From Archaeoglobus fulgidus DSM 4304 (GTDB lineage: Archaea > Halobacteriota > Archaeoglobi > Archaeoglobales > Archaeoglobaceae): a stretch of 32,000 nt of DNA. Within the stretch, counting starts at the first letter, position 1. Each line of letters opens with the position of its first letter. Made by a program: the position numbers and the translations under genes. The notes under the pieces were generated by a model, which did no database searches, had not been told where the DNA came from, and saw only the letters and a program-made list of their open reading frames with translations. This document shows positions 1 through 9,118 of the stretch, piece by piece. Location: assembly GCF_000008665.1 (NCBI RefSeq), contig NC_000917.1:1290001-1322000 (forward strand), read 5' to 3'.

Positions 1-57
1 AATGGTAGGGTAAAAATCGCGGACATGTCCACCGGGTCATAATTAAATCATTATCAT

Positions 58-711
58 TTAAAACAATTCTACCGACTTTTCGAGCTCCTTTTCCTGAATG
101 TACCTCTCTACGAGCTTTGAAATCGCAATTTTAAGGTGCTTGTGTGCAGTGCTCTTCGCAACTCCCAGAGCCATCGCGATGTCGTTAATTGTCACATCCC
201 TTTTTTCCGAGAAGTATCCGAGGTCGTAGGCGATTTTTAAAGCCCTCCTCTGCGCCTCTGTTAGGCCTGCTTTCCTCTCTCCTATGCTTTTTATCTCGAT
301 CACCTTCCAGTTTCCAACCTTGTTCAGGTTCTCGTACGCCTTCGGAAGGTAGCTCGTGCTCGGAACTATGATTTCGTAAATCTTGCTTCCGTCTTCAACG
401 AGTATCGGAGTTTTTATAAAGCAGTATGAGCTCTCAAAAGCTTTAATACCTGTTGTATCGCTTACAACTGCGATAAAGCTCGCCTCTATTGGGGTCTTCT
501 CAAGAATCTGAACAAACTTCGTGTTCGGATGTCTCTCAACCTCCTTTATGTAGTCTGTAACATTTTCGGCGTCAACAACTTTAACCAGAAAGAGAGCATC
601 CTCGTCATTCAGGAGTATGTAAGAGATTATTTCAGCCCGTACCGGGCACCTTTTGGTTGCGACAGCAAGGGAGCACCGATGCTGGTCCACCCTGACTTTG
701 AGAAGATACAT
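58..711 (-). CDS. HTH_10 (bacterio-opsin-activator type) transcriptional regulator
   Basis: 217-aa ORF; C-terminal helix-turn-helix LTEAQRRALKIAYDLGYF...TINDIAMALGVAKSTAHKHLKIAISKLV is typical of archaeal HTH_10 proteins. The true start may be the GTG at 690 because a TATA-like element overlaps the ATG. Confidence 0.85.
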   Translation of the reverse strand: MYLLKVRVDQHRCSLAVATKRCPVRAEIISYILLNDEDALFLVKVVDAENVTDYIKEVERHPNTKFVQILEKTPIEASFIAVVSDTTGIKAFESSYCFIKTPILVEDGSKIYEIIVPSTSYLPKAYENLNKVGNWKVIEIKSIGERKAGLTEAQRRALKIAYDLGYFSEKRDVTINDIAMALGVAKSTAHKHLKIAISKLVERYIQEKELEKSVELF

Positions 712-784
712 ATATATCGTGATTTTTTCTGCTCATAAACCTTTCTCCAATAAAGTTTAAATAACGCTAAACGCTGCATGAAAC

Positions 785-934
785 ATGGCACGATTCCCGG
801 AGGCGGAAGCAAGGCTTTTCAACGTGAAAATCTGCATGAGATGCAACGCTCGGAACCCAATGAAGGCCAGGGTTTGCAGGAAGTGCGGCTACAAGGGACT
901 GAGGCCGAAATCCAAGGAGAGGAAAGGAAGGTAA
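785..934 (+). CDS. rpl40e: Ribosomal protein L40e (49 aa, zinc-binding), missing from the supplied ORF track
   Basis: Direct translation: [49 protein letters not shown], with CxxC...CxxC and the archaeal L40e signature. Confidence 0.95.
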   Translation: MARFPEAEARLFNVKICMRCNARNPMKARVCRKCGYKGLRPKSKERKGR

Positions 935-1414
935 TTAACTTTCAAATTTTCTTAAGAACCTCGTCATGTTCTTCCAGTGTCCCCCCATCCAGTAGAGCTT
1001 TCTGCACTTCTCGCAGTACCAGAGTTCAAATTCGAGCATGTCTTCGGACAGCTTTTCCCTCTCAATGACCTCCATTGCCTCCTCCCTGCTCGGCTTTCTC
1101 AGCGGAGTGTTGCAGAGGCTGCACCTGTCCATGACAATCTGGAACTTCACACCTCTCTCCATCAGCTCCCTCATCTGCCCCTCTAAGGAGTCAGACCTTA
1201 TCAGAATGGCTTTTCTCCCCTCCTTAACGCTTTTTCTGTAGAGCTCCCTATCCTTGGTGAGCAGAATCCTATCCCTCAAGTTCCTCAGCATGAACTCATC
1301 TTCCTCTTCATCAAATTCAAGCTCGGAAACGCTTACAGTATCGTAGCCTGAGATTCTCAGCCACCGCGTCAGCCTTCCGAGCATTCTGTCGGTCAGAAAC
1401 TTCATCTCCACCAT
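935..1414 (-). CDS. Mut7-C RNase-domain (PIN-like) protein with C-terminal zinc ribbon
   Basis: 159 aa; FLTDRMLGRLTRWLRISGYDT...ILLTKDRELYRK plus CSLCNTPL...YCEKCRKLYWMGGHWKNM. Confidence 0.85.
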   Translation of the reverse strand: MVEMKFLTDRMLGRLTRWLRISGYDTVSVSELEFDEEEDEFMLRNLRDRILLTKDRELYRKSVKEGRKAILIRSDSLEGQMRELMERGVKFQIVMDRCSLCNTPLRKPSREEAMEVIEREKLSEDMLEFELWYCEKCRKLYWMGGHWKNMTRFLRKFES

Positions 1415-1929
1415 ACCGGATTTTTCCTCTCCATGAGCACTCTGTAAATCTCCTTCGCTGCATCAGTTTTGAGCTCCACGTTCTCGGCAAACCTTATCGC
1501 GTAGCTTACCTGCTGCGAGTACTCTACTCCCTGAAACGCAAGCTCAAGCTTGTCCGCATCGCTAACGTAAACTTCAACGTCCGAAAAATCGGGCTTGGAT
1601 TCCATCCAGGAGAGCTGCTCCTCCCTTGCTCCTTCTTCATCGCAGCTAACGTATCGCCGGGCTATTTTGTGCAAGTCCATCGTCCTCGCCTCGTGCAGGT
1701 CGTGGAAAAGGGCGGCGGTTGCTGCCTTGCAGGCCTTCTCGACGCTCTCACCGCTTTTTAATGCGAGGATGAAGGCTATGATTGCCGCTCTGAAGCTGTG
1801 CTCCGCGACGCTTTCCGGCAGCCTTATACCGAGCTTCAGCCAGCCCGATCTCGGAGTCAGCTTGAGCGAACCAACCTCGTGAATGAACTTAACGACGTCA
1901 TCCATAGGCTTAATAATGCACATTGCCAA
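1402..1929 (-). CDS. HD-domain phosphohydrolase (YfbR/HDDC2-like)
   Basis: HD motifs RSGWLKLGI...ESVAEHSFRAA...ALFHDLHEARTMDLHK...VSDADKLELAFQ. Start may be Met 9 (about 1905), which removes overlap with the divergent gene. Confidence 0.88.
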   Translation of the reverse strand: MAMCIIKPMDDVVKFIHEVGSLKLTPRSGWLKLGIRLPESVAEHSFRAAIIAFILALKSGESVEKACKAATAALFHDLHEARTMDLHKIARRYVSCDEEGAREEQLSWMESKPDFSDVEVYVSDADKLELAFQGVEYSQQVSYAIRFAENVELKTDAAKEIYRVLMERKNPVWWR

Positions 1930-1937
1930 TAAGCTTT

Positions 1938-2483
1938 ATGAAAAAGTGGAGGTTTCTTGGCATCGATGACAGCTTTGACGACAGAAAATGCTGCGTTGTA
2001 GGATGCGTTACCTGTGGCGGTTACGTGGAGGGCTTCCTTTACACTGAAATAGATATAGACGGGCTTGATGCTACGGACAAGCTGATTTCAATGGTGAGAA
2101 GGTCGAAGTTCAGGGAGCAAATCAAGTGCATTTTTCTGCCGGGAATAACGCTTGGTGGCTTCAACCTCGTTGACATTCAGCGGGTTTACAGAGAAACTAA
2201 AATCCCGGTTGTTGTCGTAATGCGCAGAAAGCCCGACATGGAGGAGTTCGATTCCGCAATGAGGAATCTCGAAAATTATGAGCTAAGAAGGAAGATTGTC
2301 GAGGTTGCGGGTGAAATTCACAGAATTGGAGATATTTACATTCAAACCGCTGGCCTGACACCTTCAGAAGCTGAAAAGCTTGTTAAAGCATCTCTGATCA
2401 AGGGAAACATGCCCGAACCCGTTCGAATATCCCATTTAGTAGCATCCGCAATCATACATGGAGAATCCAGAGGGAAAGCGTGA
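1938..2483 (+). CDS. DUF99 family protein
   Basis: ORF 1923..2483; MKKWRFLGIDDSF...VVGCVTCGGYVEGFLYTEIDIDGLDAT...FLPGITLGGFNLVDI matches the archaeal DUF99 pattern. Start chosen at the internal Met followed by KKWRFLGID. Confidence 0.82.
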   Translation: MKKWRFLGIDDSFDDRKCCVVGCVTCGGYVEGFLYTEIDIDGLDATDKLISMVRRSKFREQIKCIFLPGITLGGFNLVDIQRVYRETKIPVVVVMRRKPDMEEFDSAMRNLENYELRRKIVEVAGEIHRIGDIYIQTAGLTPSEAEKLVKASLIKGNMPEPVRISHLVASAIIHGESRGKA

Positions 2484-2527
2484 ATGTGATTTGCCAAAGT
2501 TTATAAACTTACAGTTGTACTGATGCC

Positions 2528-3127
2528 ATGCAACCAATCGAACTTGCAGAACTGCTCACCAGTCAGGCTGCGGTTCTGACATCTCTGGTTGTTATAGGCC
2601 TGATACTCTGCTTTATCGGATACAAGATTTTCAGAGTTTACTCTGCAGTGATAGGACTTTTTATCGGTCAGCTTGTGGGCATCTACATCACTATAAACTA
2701 CTACGAAAATGCCCTTATAGTTATACTTGCATCGGCTATTGTGGGAGCGTTGCTGTTCGCCCTCATCGATGAGCTTGGGCTTATTGTGACAGGTGCGGCC
2801 TTTGGTTACTTCGTAGGAGTTTATCTTCTCCCGGAGTATCAGGTTTACGCCTTCGTGCTTGCAGCATTGTTCGCGCTGATAAACCTGTTTATTGAGAAGC
2901 CGCTAACTGTGCTGATCACCTCTGTCATCGGTGCCTCAGCGATCGCCTTAGCCGTGCACATGGGGATAACAGGTACACATATTTACGACATTCTGAACGA
3001 CCCAAAGAAGGTCTTTGACGCGATATTCTCAAACGCATACTTTGACCTTCTCTGGTTTACGCTTGTGCTGACCGGAATCATCACACAGTACGTTACTTAC
3101 AAAGAGGAGCGGGAGGAGGAAGAATAA
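2528..3127 (+). CDS. Multi-pass membrane protein (TMEM198/DUF4203-like)
   Basis: 199 aa with about 6-7 hydrophobic Gly-rich segments and a charged C-terminus (EEREEEE). Confidence 0.6.
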   Translation: MQPIELAELLTSQAAVLTSLVVIGLILCFIGYKIFRVYSAVIGLFIGQLVGIYITINYYENALIVILASAIVGALLFALIDELGLIVTGAAFGYFVGVYLLPEYQVYAFVLAALFALINLFIEKPLTVLITSVIGASAIALAVHMGITGTHIYDILNDPKKVFDAIFSNAYFDLLWFTLVLTGIITQYVTYKEEREEEE

Positions 3128-3133
3128 CCTTTT

Positions 3134-4144
3134 TTGCCTGCACTCCAACTAAACTCTGTGATTGAGATAGACGGGAGTTTCGGGGAAGGTGGAGGGCAGA
3201 TACTTAGAACGGCCGTTGCCCTTTCGTGCGTTACAGGAAAGGCTGTGAGGATTAGAAACATCAGGGCCAACCGTCCCAAGCCCGGACTGGCGGCACAGCA
3301 CCTTAAGGGGATTGAGGCGGCGAAAATCATCAGCAATGCCGAGGTGGAGGGGCTTCGCATCGGCTCAACTGAAATCGTTTTCAATCCAGGCAGTGTGAGG
3401 GGAGGAAATTTCAGAGTTGATATTGGGACGGCGGGGAGCGTTACGCTTATCTTCCAGACAGTGCTTCTCCCGCTTCTGTTTGCCGACAGAGATAGCACTC
3501 TCACCGTCACAGGCGGGACGGACGTTGCGTGGGCCCCGCCTGTTGATTACTTCAAAAACGTTACCCTGAGGGCTTTGAGGGAGATGGGGGCTGAGTGCGA
3601 GCTTGAAGTTCTGAAAAGGGGCTACTACCCCAAAGGCGGGGGAATGGTGAGGCTGACGGTAAGGCCAGCGGAGATGAAAGGGGTGGTTTACGAAAGGATT
3701 GACGAAATTGTGAGGGGCGTAAGCCACTGCCAAAACCTTCCAGGGCATGTTGCAGAGAGGCAGGCAAGCTCCGCCAGGAACTTCTTGGAGGAGAGGGGGA
3801 TAAGGGCGGAGATAAGAACAGAGGTGCTTAAGGGGCTATCCACGGGAAGCGGGATAGTTCTGTGGAGCGGATACAAGGGGGGTAGTGCTCTGGGGGAGAG
3901 GGGGAAGAGGGCAGAAGTTGTTGGCCAGGAGGCTGCGGAGAGTCTCTACAGAGAGCTCATGTCGGACGCGGCTTTTGATGCCCACCTCGCCGACCAGGTT
4001 ATGCCCTTTGCGGCGATGGCCAGAGGTAGGACAGAGTACACCACAAGCGAGGTTACAATGCATCAGAAGAGCAACGCTTACGTGATAAACACCTTTTTGG
4101 GGAAGGTTGTGAAGTTTGAGGGGAACAAAATAATAATTAAATAA
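3134..4144 (+). CDS. rtcA: RNA 3'-terminal phosphate cyclase
   Basis: IEIDGSFGEGGGQILRTAVALSCVTGKAVRIRNIRANRPKPGLAAQHLKGI is the RtcA signature. Start may be internal, near VIEIDGS (GTG). Confidence 0.96.
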   Translation: MPALQLNSVIEIDGSFGEGGGQILRTAVALSCVTGKAVRIRNIRANRPKPGLAAQHLKGIEAAKIISNAEVEGLRIGSTEIVFNPGSVRGGNFRVDIGTAGSVTLIFQTVLLPLLFADRDSTLTVTGGTDVAWAPPVDYFKNVTLRALREMGAECELEVLKRGYYPKGGGMVRLTVRPAEMKGVVYERIDEIVRGVSHCQNLPGHVAERQASSARNFLEERGIRAEIRTEVLKGLSTGSGIVLWSGYKGGSALGERGKRAEVVGQEAAESLYRELMSDAAFDAHLADQVMPFAAMARGRTEYTTSEVTMHQKSNAYVINTFLGKVVKFEGNKIIIK

Positions 4145-4799
4145 ATCCTTTTTCCTTCCAGAACTCGTAGTCTGCCTTCATCAGGTGTCCGTAGTTCTTT
4201 ATCAGAGTCAAAAGCTGTTTTTGAAGCTCCAAATCCTCATCGCTCGGCTCCATTCTGTATTTGCTCTCAAAAGCCTCGGCGATTTTAGAGCCGAGCTGGG
4301 AAGCCTTCTTCAAGTCCTCATCTCCAACCTCTCCCGGAATCACGCCGAATCCCACTGCGTAGCCAACTGGCACTATCCCCCAAGCCTTTAGCACCCTGTT
4401 CATGTAGCCCGCAACCTCTTCGGGTTTTCCAACTCCTGCATAGACAACGATGCTCCCCCCGTACTTGCCCTTGAGTGTCGGCCTGTGGCCGTAGGGGAGC
4501 ATTCTGTCGATAAAGGTCTTCATCTGTGCTGTTACGTTGAGATAATAAACAGGAGAGGCAAGGATTACAGCATCGCTCTCCTCAACAAGCCTTTTCAACT
4601 CGTCCATGTCGTCTCTCTGCACGCACTCCCCCTTTGCCAGGCATGTGCCGCAACCAGTGCAGTAGTTGATTTTTTTCGAGGAAATGTGCACCTTCTCGAC
4701 CTCAAACCCGCTATTTTCGAGCTCCTTCAGTGCAGCATCGAGCATTTTGGATGCATTTCCGTACTTTCTCGGTGAGCCGAGAATACCGACAGCCTTCAT
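4137..4799 (-). CDS. NADPH-dependent FMN reductase-like / iron-sulfur flavoprotein
   Basis: MKAVGILGSPRKYGNASKML...INYCTGCGTCLAKGEC flavodoxin-like fold with CxxCxxC cluster. Confidence 0.88.
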   Translation of the reverse strand: MKAVGILGSPRKYGNASKMLDAALKELENSGFEVEKVHISSKKINYCTGCGTCLAKGECVQRDDMDELKRLVEESDAVILASPVYYLNVTAQMKTFIDRMLPYGHRPTLKGKYGGSIVVYAGVGKPEEVAGYMNRVLKAWGIVPVGYAVGFGVIPGEVGDEDLKKASQLGSKIAEAFESKYRMEPSDEDLELQKQLLTLIKNYGHLMKADYEFWKEKGFI

Positions 4800-4807
4800 C
4801 GCACCAC

Positions 4808-5734
4808 CTACCCCAGTTCTCCGGCAAGCCCCCTTAGCCTGACCCTCATCCTCTTCGACTTTTCGAGAACTTCGCCAAAATCGGAGTTCTCCATTATATA
4901 TATTTCGGTTTCGGGAATGCTTACTGCTGAAAGCACTTCAAACGCCCTCTCCTTCCTTTCCATGAACAGCTCAATCACCTTCGCCTCGCTCATGGCGGTT
5001 GGGCTGATTATCGCAACATCCGCATGCTTTAGCGCATACTCGTTGCCGTTGAAGGCTATGGCCACTCCTCCTAAGCCCCTCGCAGCCTCAAACATTTTGT
5101 AGTCTGATATGCTGTCCCCCACGACCACGGGAAAGTCTATGCCTTTCGACTCACAGTAACCCCTCATAATCTTCGCCTTCTCCCCTGCCCCTACCGCTTT
5201 AACGGATTCAACAATTTTTCGAACTTCACTCCTGGAAAAAAGCTCATCGAGTTTTCTGAATAGCTCCTCACCACTTAGCGAGGCTATTACGTCAATGATG
5301 CTCAGAAGCTCCTCTCTTAAGCCCTCTGGAACGGCTATGCTGTCAAAGTCCACCTCTGTACCGTGCAGCTCCCCCCTTACTCCAATCATTGACGCCGTCC
5401 TCCTTAGGTATTGCGTGTAAGAGGTTGAGATGACTACAGGTGTCCACCTTTCCTGCAGCGTGGCCATCGCCTTCTCAGCATCGGGCACGAATTTCGCCGA
5501 AAGCTCAGCAATCCTTTCAACATCTCTGTTTTTCACACCTGCCGCAGCAAGAAACGGCGTGAGGAGCTTGAGAGTGTATCCAGCCTCATATCCCTCTCTC
5601 CTGACCTCGTACGCCAAATAGTCGTCGTACTCGCTGAGGTTGCTGAAAAACCTTGCATTGTTGAACACCGCCATGCAGAGTTCGAGGGCGAAGTCCGTTA
5701 GTATCCATGGCCCCTCCCAGTCTGTGAAGAACAT
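4808..5734 (-). CDS. HAD-superfamily hydrolase (archaeal conserved)
   Basis: 308 aa; MFFTDWEGPWILTD (HAD motif I), VVISTSYTQYLRRTA (motif II) and VGDSISDYKMFEAARGLGGVAIAFNGNEYAL (motifs III/IV). Confidence 0.75.
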   Translation of the reverse strand: MFFTDWEGPWILTDFALELCMAVFNNARFFSNLSEYDDYLAYEVRREGYEAGYTLKLLTPFLAAAGVKNRDVERIAELSAKFVPDAEKAMATLQERWTPVVISTSYTQYLRRTASMIGVRGELHGTEVDFDSIAVPEGLREELLSIIDVIASLSGEELFRKLDELFSRSEVRKIVESVKAVGAGEKAKIMRGYCESKGIDFPVVVGDSISDYKMFEAARGLGGVAIAFNGNEYALKHADVAIISPTAMSEAKVIELFMERKERAFEVLSAVSIPETEIYIMENSDFGEVLEKSKRMRVRLRGLAGELG

Positions 5735-5755
5735 GCCAAACCTTCGCCTCTGGCT

Positions 5756-6196
5756 TTATGATTGTTTCTCAAAAAACTCCTTTCCGTAAATCCTCTCAAT
5801 CAGCTTAAGAAGGCTCTTTCTGACGTTTTCAACATTAACCTCCCTCCATTTTGGGCAGAAGCGGTCAGCGATGACATCCCTCCCATCGAAAACGGCAGGA
5901 TAGATTCTGCAGCCTTCGGGGCGGTGCTGGTATATTCTGCACCTGTTTTCGGAATCGAGGAAGAAGCATTTTCCGTTTACGTTTCTCAGCCTCACGATTT
6001 CTCCGTCTTTAACCGTGAAATCGCTCCGCGAATAGCCCAAAGCTTCTATCCTTGCAATGTCCTCTTCTGTAAGCGGCATCTCCGTCTCGTAGCAGCATTT
6101 TCCGCAGAAGGAAGAGCCGTCGAAGCAGTTCACAGACACTTCTTCAGAATTTTCGCTATTCCTGTTGAGTACTGAATCGCCTTCTTGTCCCTCCAC
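5756..6196 (-). CDS. YkgJ-family cysteine-cluster (Fe-S/zinc) protein
   Basis: SSFCGKCCYETEMPLTEEDI...KCFFLDSENRCRIYQHRPEGCRIYP. The 67-bp overlap with the upstream gene suggests a downstream GTG start. Confidence 0.8.
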   Translation of the reverse strand: MEGQEGDSVLNRNSENSEEVSVNCFDGSSFCGKCCYETEMPLTEEDIARIEALGYSRSDFTVKDGEIVRLRNVNGKCFFLDSENRCRIYQHRPEGCRIYPAVFDGRDVIADRFCPKWREVNVENVRKSLLKLIERIYGKEFFEKQS

Positions 6197-7245
6197 GCTA
6201 TCTCCTCCGGAAGGAATTTCTCGGCAATTTTTCTCAGAATGTACTTCCTGACTACCTTCCCACCCTCCCTTCTGACCTTGTACTCAGGAGGAATTTTCAG
6301 GGCCGCATCAATTACATCCCAGCACAAGTAAGGCGTTACCAGCTTGATCTCGTTCTTGTAAGCCAGCTTGCAATCCCTCACGAGATTTGACTCACCAATG
6401 GACTTCAAGTCCTTCACCAAGGCGTCCTCAAGCTCGTGCTCACTCAGACCCTCGTACCTTTTGTACCCACCAAAAAGCTCGTCCGCTCCCTGACCGAAAA
6501 TGATCTCCGTGAAGCCAAGGGATTTGGCGAACTGCATGGTTAGGTAAACCGGAACGGCTATGGAAAGCTGCAGAAAATCGCCCGTCTCTATTGTTTTTCT
6601 CACCGTATCCACAACTTCCCTTATCGCACTCTCTCCCACCTTCAGTATTTCAATCTCCTTTCCGAGCATTCTTGCGGCGGTTTTAAGCCACTCCTCCTCT
6701 GCATCGCTTGCTGTTACAGAAACGAGTGGGGCATCGTAAAGAGCGGCGAGCAGGGATGAATCAACCCCTCCAGAAAAGGCTATGCACCCAACTCTCGGCT
6801 TGTAGCTGCTAAGGGAGTTCAGAATTCTGTCTGCCATTTCGTTAACGTCTTCCCGGCCAACTCTGAAGACGTCCTCGAAGGCATACTTTCTCCTTTCCAG
6901 AATTTCGCCGGTATAGTCCATCTTGACCACTTCTCCCGGCATCACCTCGTAAACCTCTCCGTCAATGTAGGATTTGAAGGACGAAATGCTCATGTCGCTG
7001 CCGTAGTAGAGGGGCCTCCCGCCGAGCACGTCTCTGGAAAGAAAAATGTGGGACGGGCGGAAGGCAACAACTGAGTAAAAATTTCTGATTTTAAGAGGCA
7101 TCTCGTCCGCATACTTCAGATTCGGAACCTCTTCCGAGTCGAAGAAGACGTTTCCCTCCTGCCTTGATGGATATCTTGCACTTGCGTAAATTCTGCTCGC
7201 TCTTCTGCTTTCTCCGTCGAACTCGGGGAATGCGTATATCGCCAC
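6130..7245 (-). CDS. Asparagine-synthetase-like protein (PP-loop domain, truncated/degenerate class II amidotransferase domain)
   Basis: 371 aa, GTG start; IAFSGGVDSSLLAALYDAPLVSV PP-loop and IIFGQGADELFGGYKRYE motif. No N-terminal catalytic Cys. Confidence 0.85.
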   Translation of the reverse strand: MAIYAFPEFDGESRRASRIYASARYPSRQEGNVFFDSEEVPNLKYADEMPLKIRNFYSVVAFRPSHIFLSRDVLGGRPLYYGSDMSISSFKSYIDGEVYEVMPGEVVKMDYTGEILERRKYAFEDVFRVGREDVNEMADRILNSLSSYKPRVGCIAFSGGVDSSLLAALYDAPLVSVTASDAEEEWLKTAARMLGKEIEILKVGESAIREVVDTVRKTIETGDFLQLSIAVPVYLTMQFAKSLGFTEIIFGQGADELFGGYKRYEGLSEHELEDALVKDLKSIGESNLVRDCKLAYKNEIKLVTPYLCWDVIDAALKIPPEYKVRREGGKVVRKYILRKIAEKFLPEEIAWRDKKAIQYSTGIAKILKKCL

Positions 7246-7276
7246 GGATACCCTTCAACTATGAGTTATTAAAAAA

Positions 7277-9118
7277 CTACTGAGAGAGCGCGCTCTTCAG
7301 GGCCTTCTTCAGCTTCTCAGCCACCACCTTTCCATCGACCTTGCCCCTGAACTCTTTCATCACGAGTCCCATGAGAGGCTTAAATGCCCCCTCTCCCCTC
7401 TCAGCAATCAAATCGGCCTTTTCCTCAATAAGCTTTGCAATGAAGCCGTCGATGTCCTCTGCAGCACCTATTTTCTCCTTCAACTGCCCAGCAGACATTT
7501 CCGGATTCTGACAGAGGAGCTTTAAAGCCTCCTCCGCTCCCTCCTTTGCTATGTCCCCTCTAAGAACCATGTCGAGAACTAACCTGTAATGCCTCTCCTC
7601 AAGCCTTTCAATTTCTACTCCTTCTCTCCTCAGTGCAGCCGGTGCAAGGTAAAGCACCCTCGCAACAACCGTTGGCTGCAGCTTCTCAGAATACTCCTCA
7701 AAAACTCTATAATATGGCGAATCTGCAATCTCCCATGCAAGGTCCTTTGGCAGGAGCTTCTCGTACCTCCTCGCCCTTTCCTCTATTAGCTCTGGAATCT
7801 CCACGTTCAGCATCTCCTCGGTCACAACGACGGGAGGCACATCCGTTTCGGGATACATTCTTGCCGCTCCCGGCAATGGGCGGAGGTAAGAGGTCGTCCC
7901 ATCCTCGTTAGCCTTCCTTGTCTCCTCAGGAACTCCAACAAGGCAGTGTTTTGCCCTCTCTATTATCCTTCTCAAGGCCCTCTCAACTCTCACCGCATCT
8001 CCTGCCGCCATTACAACCGCATCGCCGTCTTCAGCGCCCACAGCATCTCTCAGCCTGCTCACCTCTTCCTCGCTTATCCCGTAAGCAGGCAGCTCATCAG
8101 TGTGGAATACTCCCCCAAGCCCGTAGGTCTTGGCGATGTCTGCGAACTCCGTTCCGAGCCTCCTTCCGGGCTGGATTTCTCTCCCGACAATTCCTCCAAA
8201 ACCTCTCAGCAAAATTGCCTTCACCGTCTTGTTTCTGATTATCTTCGACTTCGTGTTGCTGAAAACGTCTGTGACATCAAAAACCTTCTCCTCTACCCTC
8301 GCTCCCCTCTGCTTGAGCTCCTCCCTTATTTTGAGAAGGTTGACCTGCCTCAAAACCTCGTATTCAACAATCTTGTCGAGAATGTCGAGTTCCTGCACGC
8401 CCTTTATCTCCACCCTCGCCCCATCCCTTATGCTGATGTTTACATCCTGCCTTATCGTCCCCAAGCCCCTCTTAACCTTTCCCGTTGACCTCAAAATCAT
8501 CCCGAGCCTCGCTGCAACCTTCTTTGCCATTTCTGGCGAATCGATGTCTGGCTCGGTGCCTATCTCAACCAGTGGAATTCCAAGCCTGTCGAGGGAGTAG
8601 ACAGCATAACCCTCCCCGTCCTCAACTTTCCTGCACGCTTCCTCTTCAAGGCAGAGGGTGGCAACACCCACCCTTTTCCCGTCAACCTCCAGAAAACCAC
8701 CAAATGCCACCAGAGCCGTCCTCTGAAAGCCCGTTGTGTTGCTCCCGTCGATGACAATTTTTCTCATCACATGCACTTCATCAACTACCTCCATGTTCAG
8801 CATTTTCGCAACCTGAATGGCTATAAGCAGAGCCTCTCTGTTTACCTCCCTCGGCGGCTCCTCGTCGGCCTCGACAAGGCATGTGGTGTCATAGTACTTG
8901 TAAATAAACCTCCTGCTCCTCTCAACCTCCTCCTTTGCCGCCCTGTCCTCTTCACCAATTTCGCTCCTCTTCAGCCTCAAATACCTGAAAAATTCAAAGT
9001 TAGACTCCTCAACCTCCCTCGTTAGGGTAGGGCAGAGGCAGAAGAGCTTGTGCTTTGTGTCGAGCTGCTGGTGAATCTCAATTCCAACCTTAAGTCCCAG
9101 CTTCTTGTAATCCATCAT
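7277..9118 (-). CDS. gatE: Glutamyl-tRNA(Gln) amidotransferase subunit E
   Basis: 613 aa; MMDYKKLGLKVGIEIHQQLDTKHKLFCLCPT...RKIVIDGSNTTGFQRTALVAFGG...C-terminal YqeY-like domain. Confidence 0.96.
   Translation of the reverse strand: MMDYKKLGLKVGIEIHQQLDTKHKLFCLCPTLTREVEESNFEFFRYLRLKRSEIGEEDRAAKEEVERSRRFIYKYYDTTCLVEADEEPPREVNREALLIAIQVAKMLNMEVVDEVHVMRKIVIDGSNTTGFQRTALVAFGGFLEVDGKRVGVATLCLEEEACRKVEDGEGYAVYSLDRLGIPLVEIGTEPDIDSPEMAKKVAARLGMILRSTGKVKRGLGTIRQDVNISIRDGARVEIKGVQELDILDKIVEYEVLRQVNLLKIREELKQRGARVEEKVFDVTDVFSNTKSKIIRNKTVKAILLRGFGGIVGREIQPGRRLGTEFADIAKTYGLGGVFHTDELPAYGISEEEVSRLRDAVGAEDGDAVVMAAGDAVRVERALRRIIERAKHCLVGVPEETRKANEDGTTSYLRPLPGAARMYPETDVPPVVVTEEMLNVEIPELIEERARRYEKLLPKDLAWEIADSPYYRVFEEYSEKLQPTVVARVLYLAPAALRREGVEIERLEERHYRLVLDMVLRGDIAKEGAEEALKLLCQNPEMSAGQLKEKIGAAEDIDGFIAKLIEEKADLIAERGEGAFKPLMGLVMKEFRGKVDGKVVAEKLKKALKSALSQ

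Noticed and set aside
1-40. Shared string acatgtccaccggg at window start and near 9880 in fbp
   Set aside because: Short match (about 14 bp) inside unrelated contexts; likely chance.
7946-8488. 180-aa and neighbouring plus-strand ORFs across gatE
   Set aside because: Shadow ORFs of gatE; composition atypical and no recognisable motifs.
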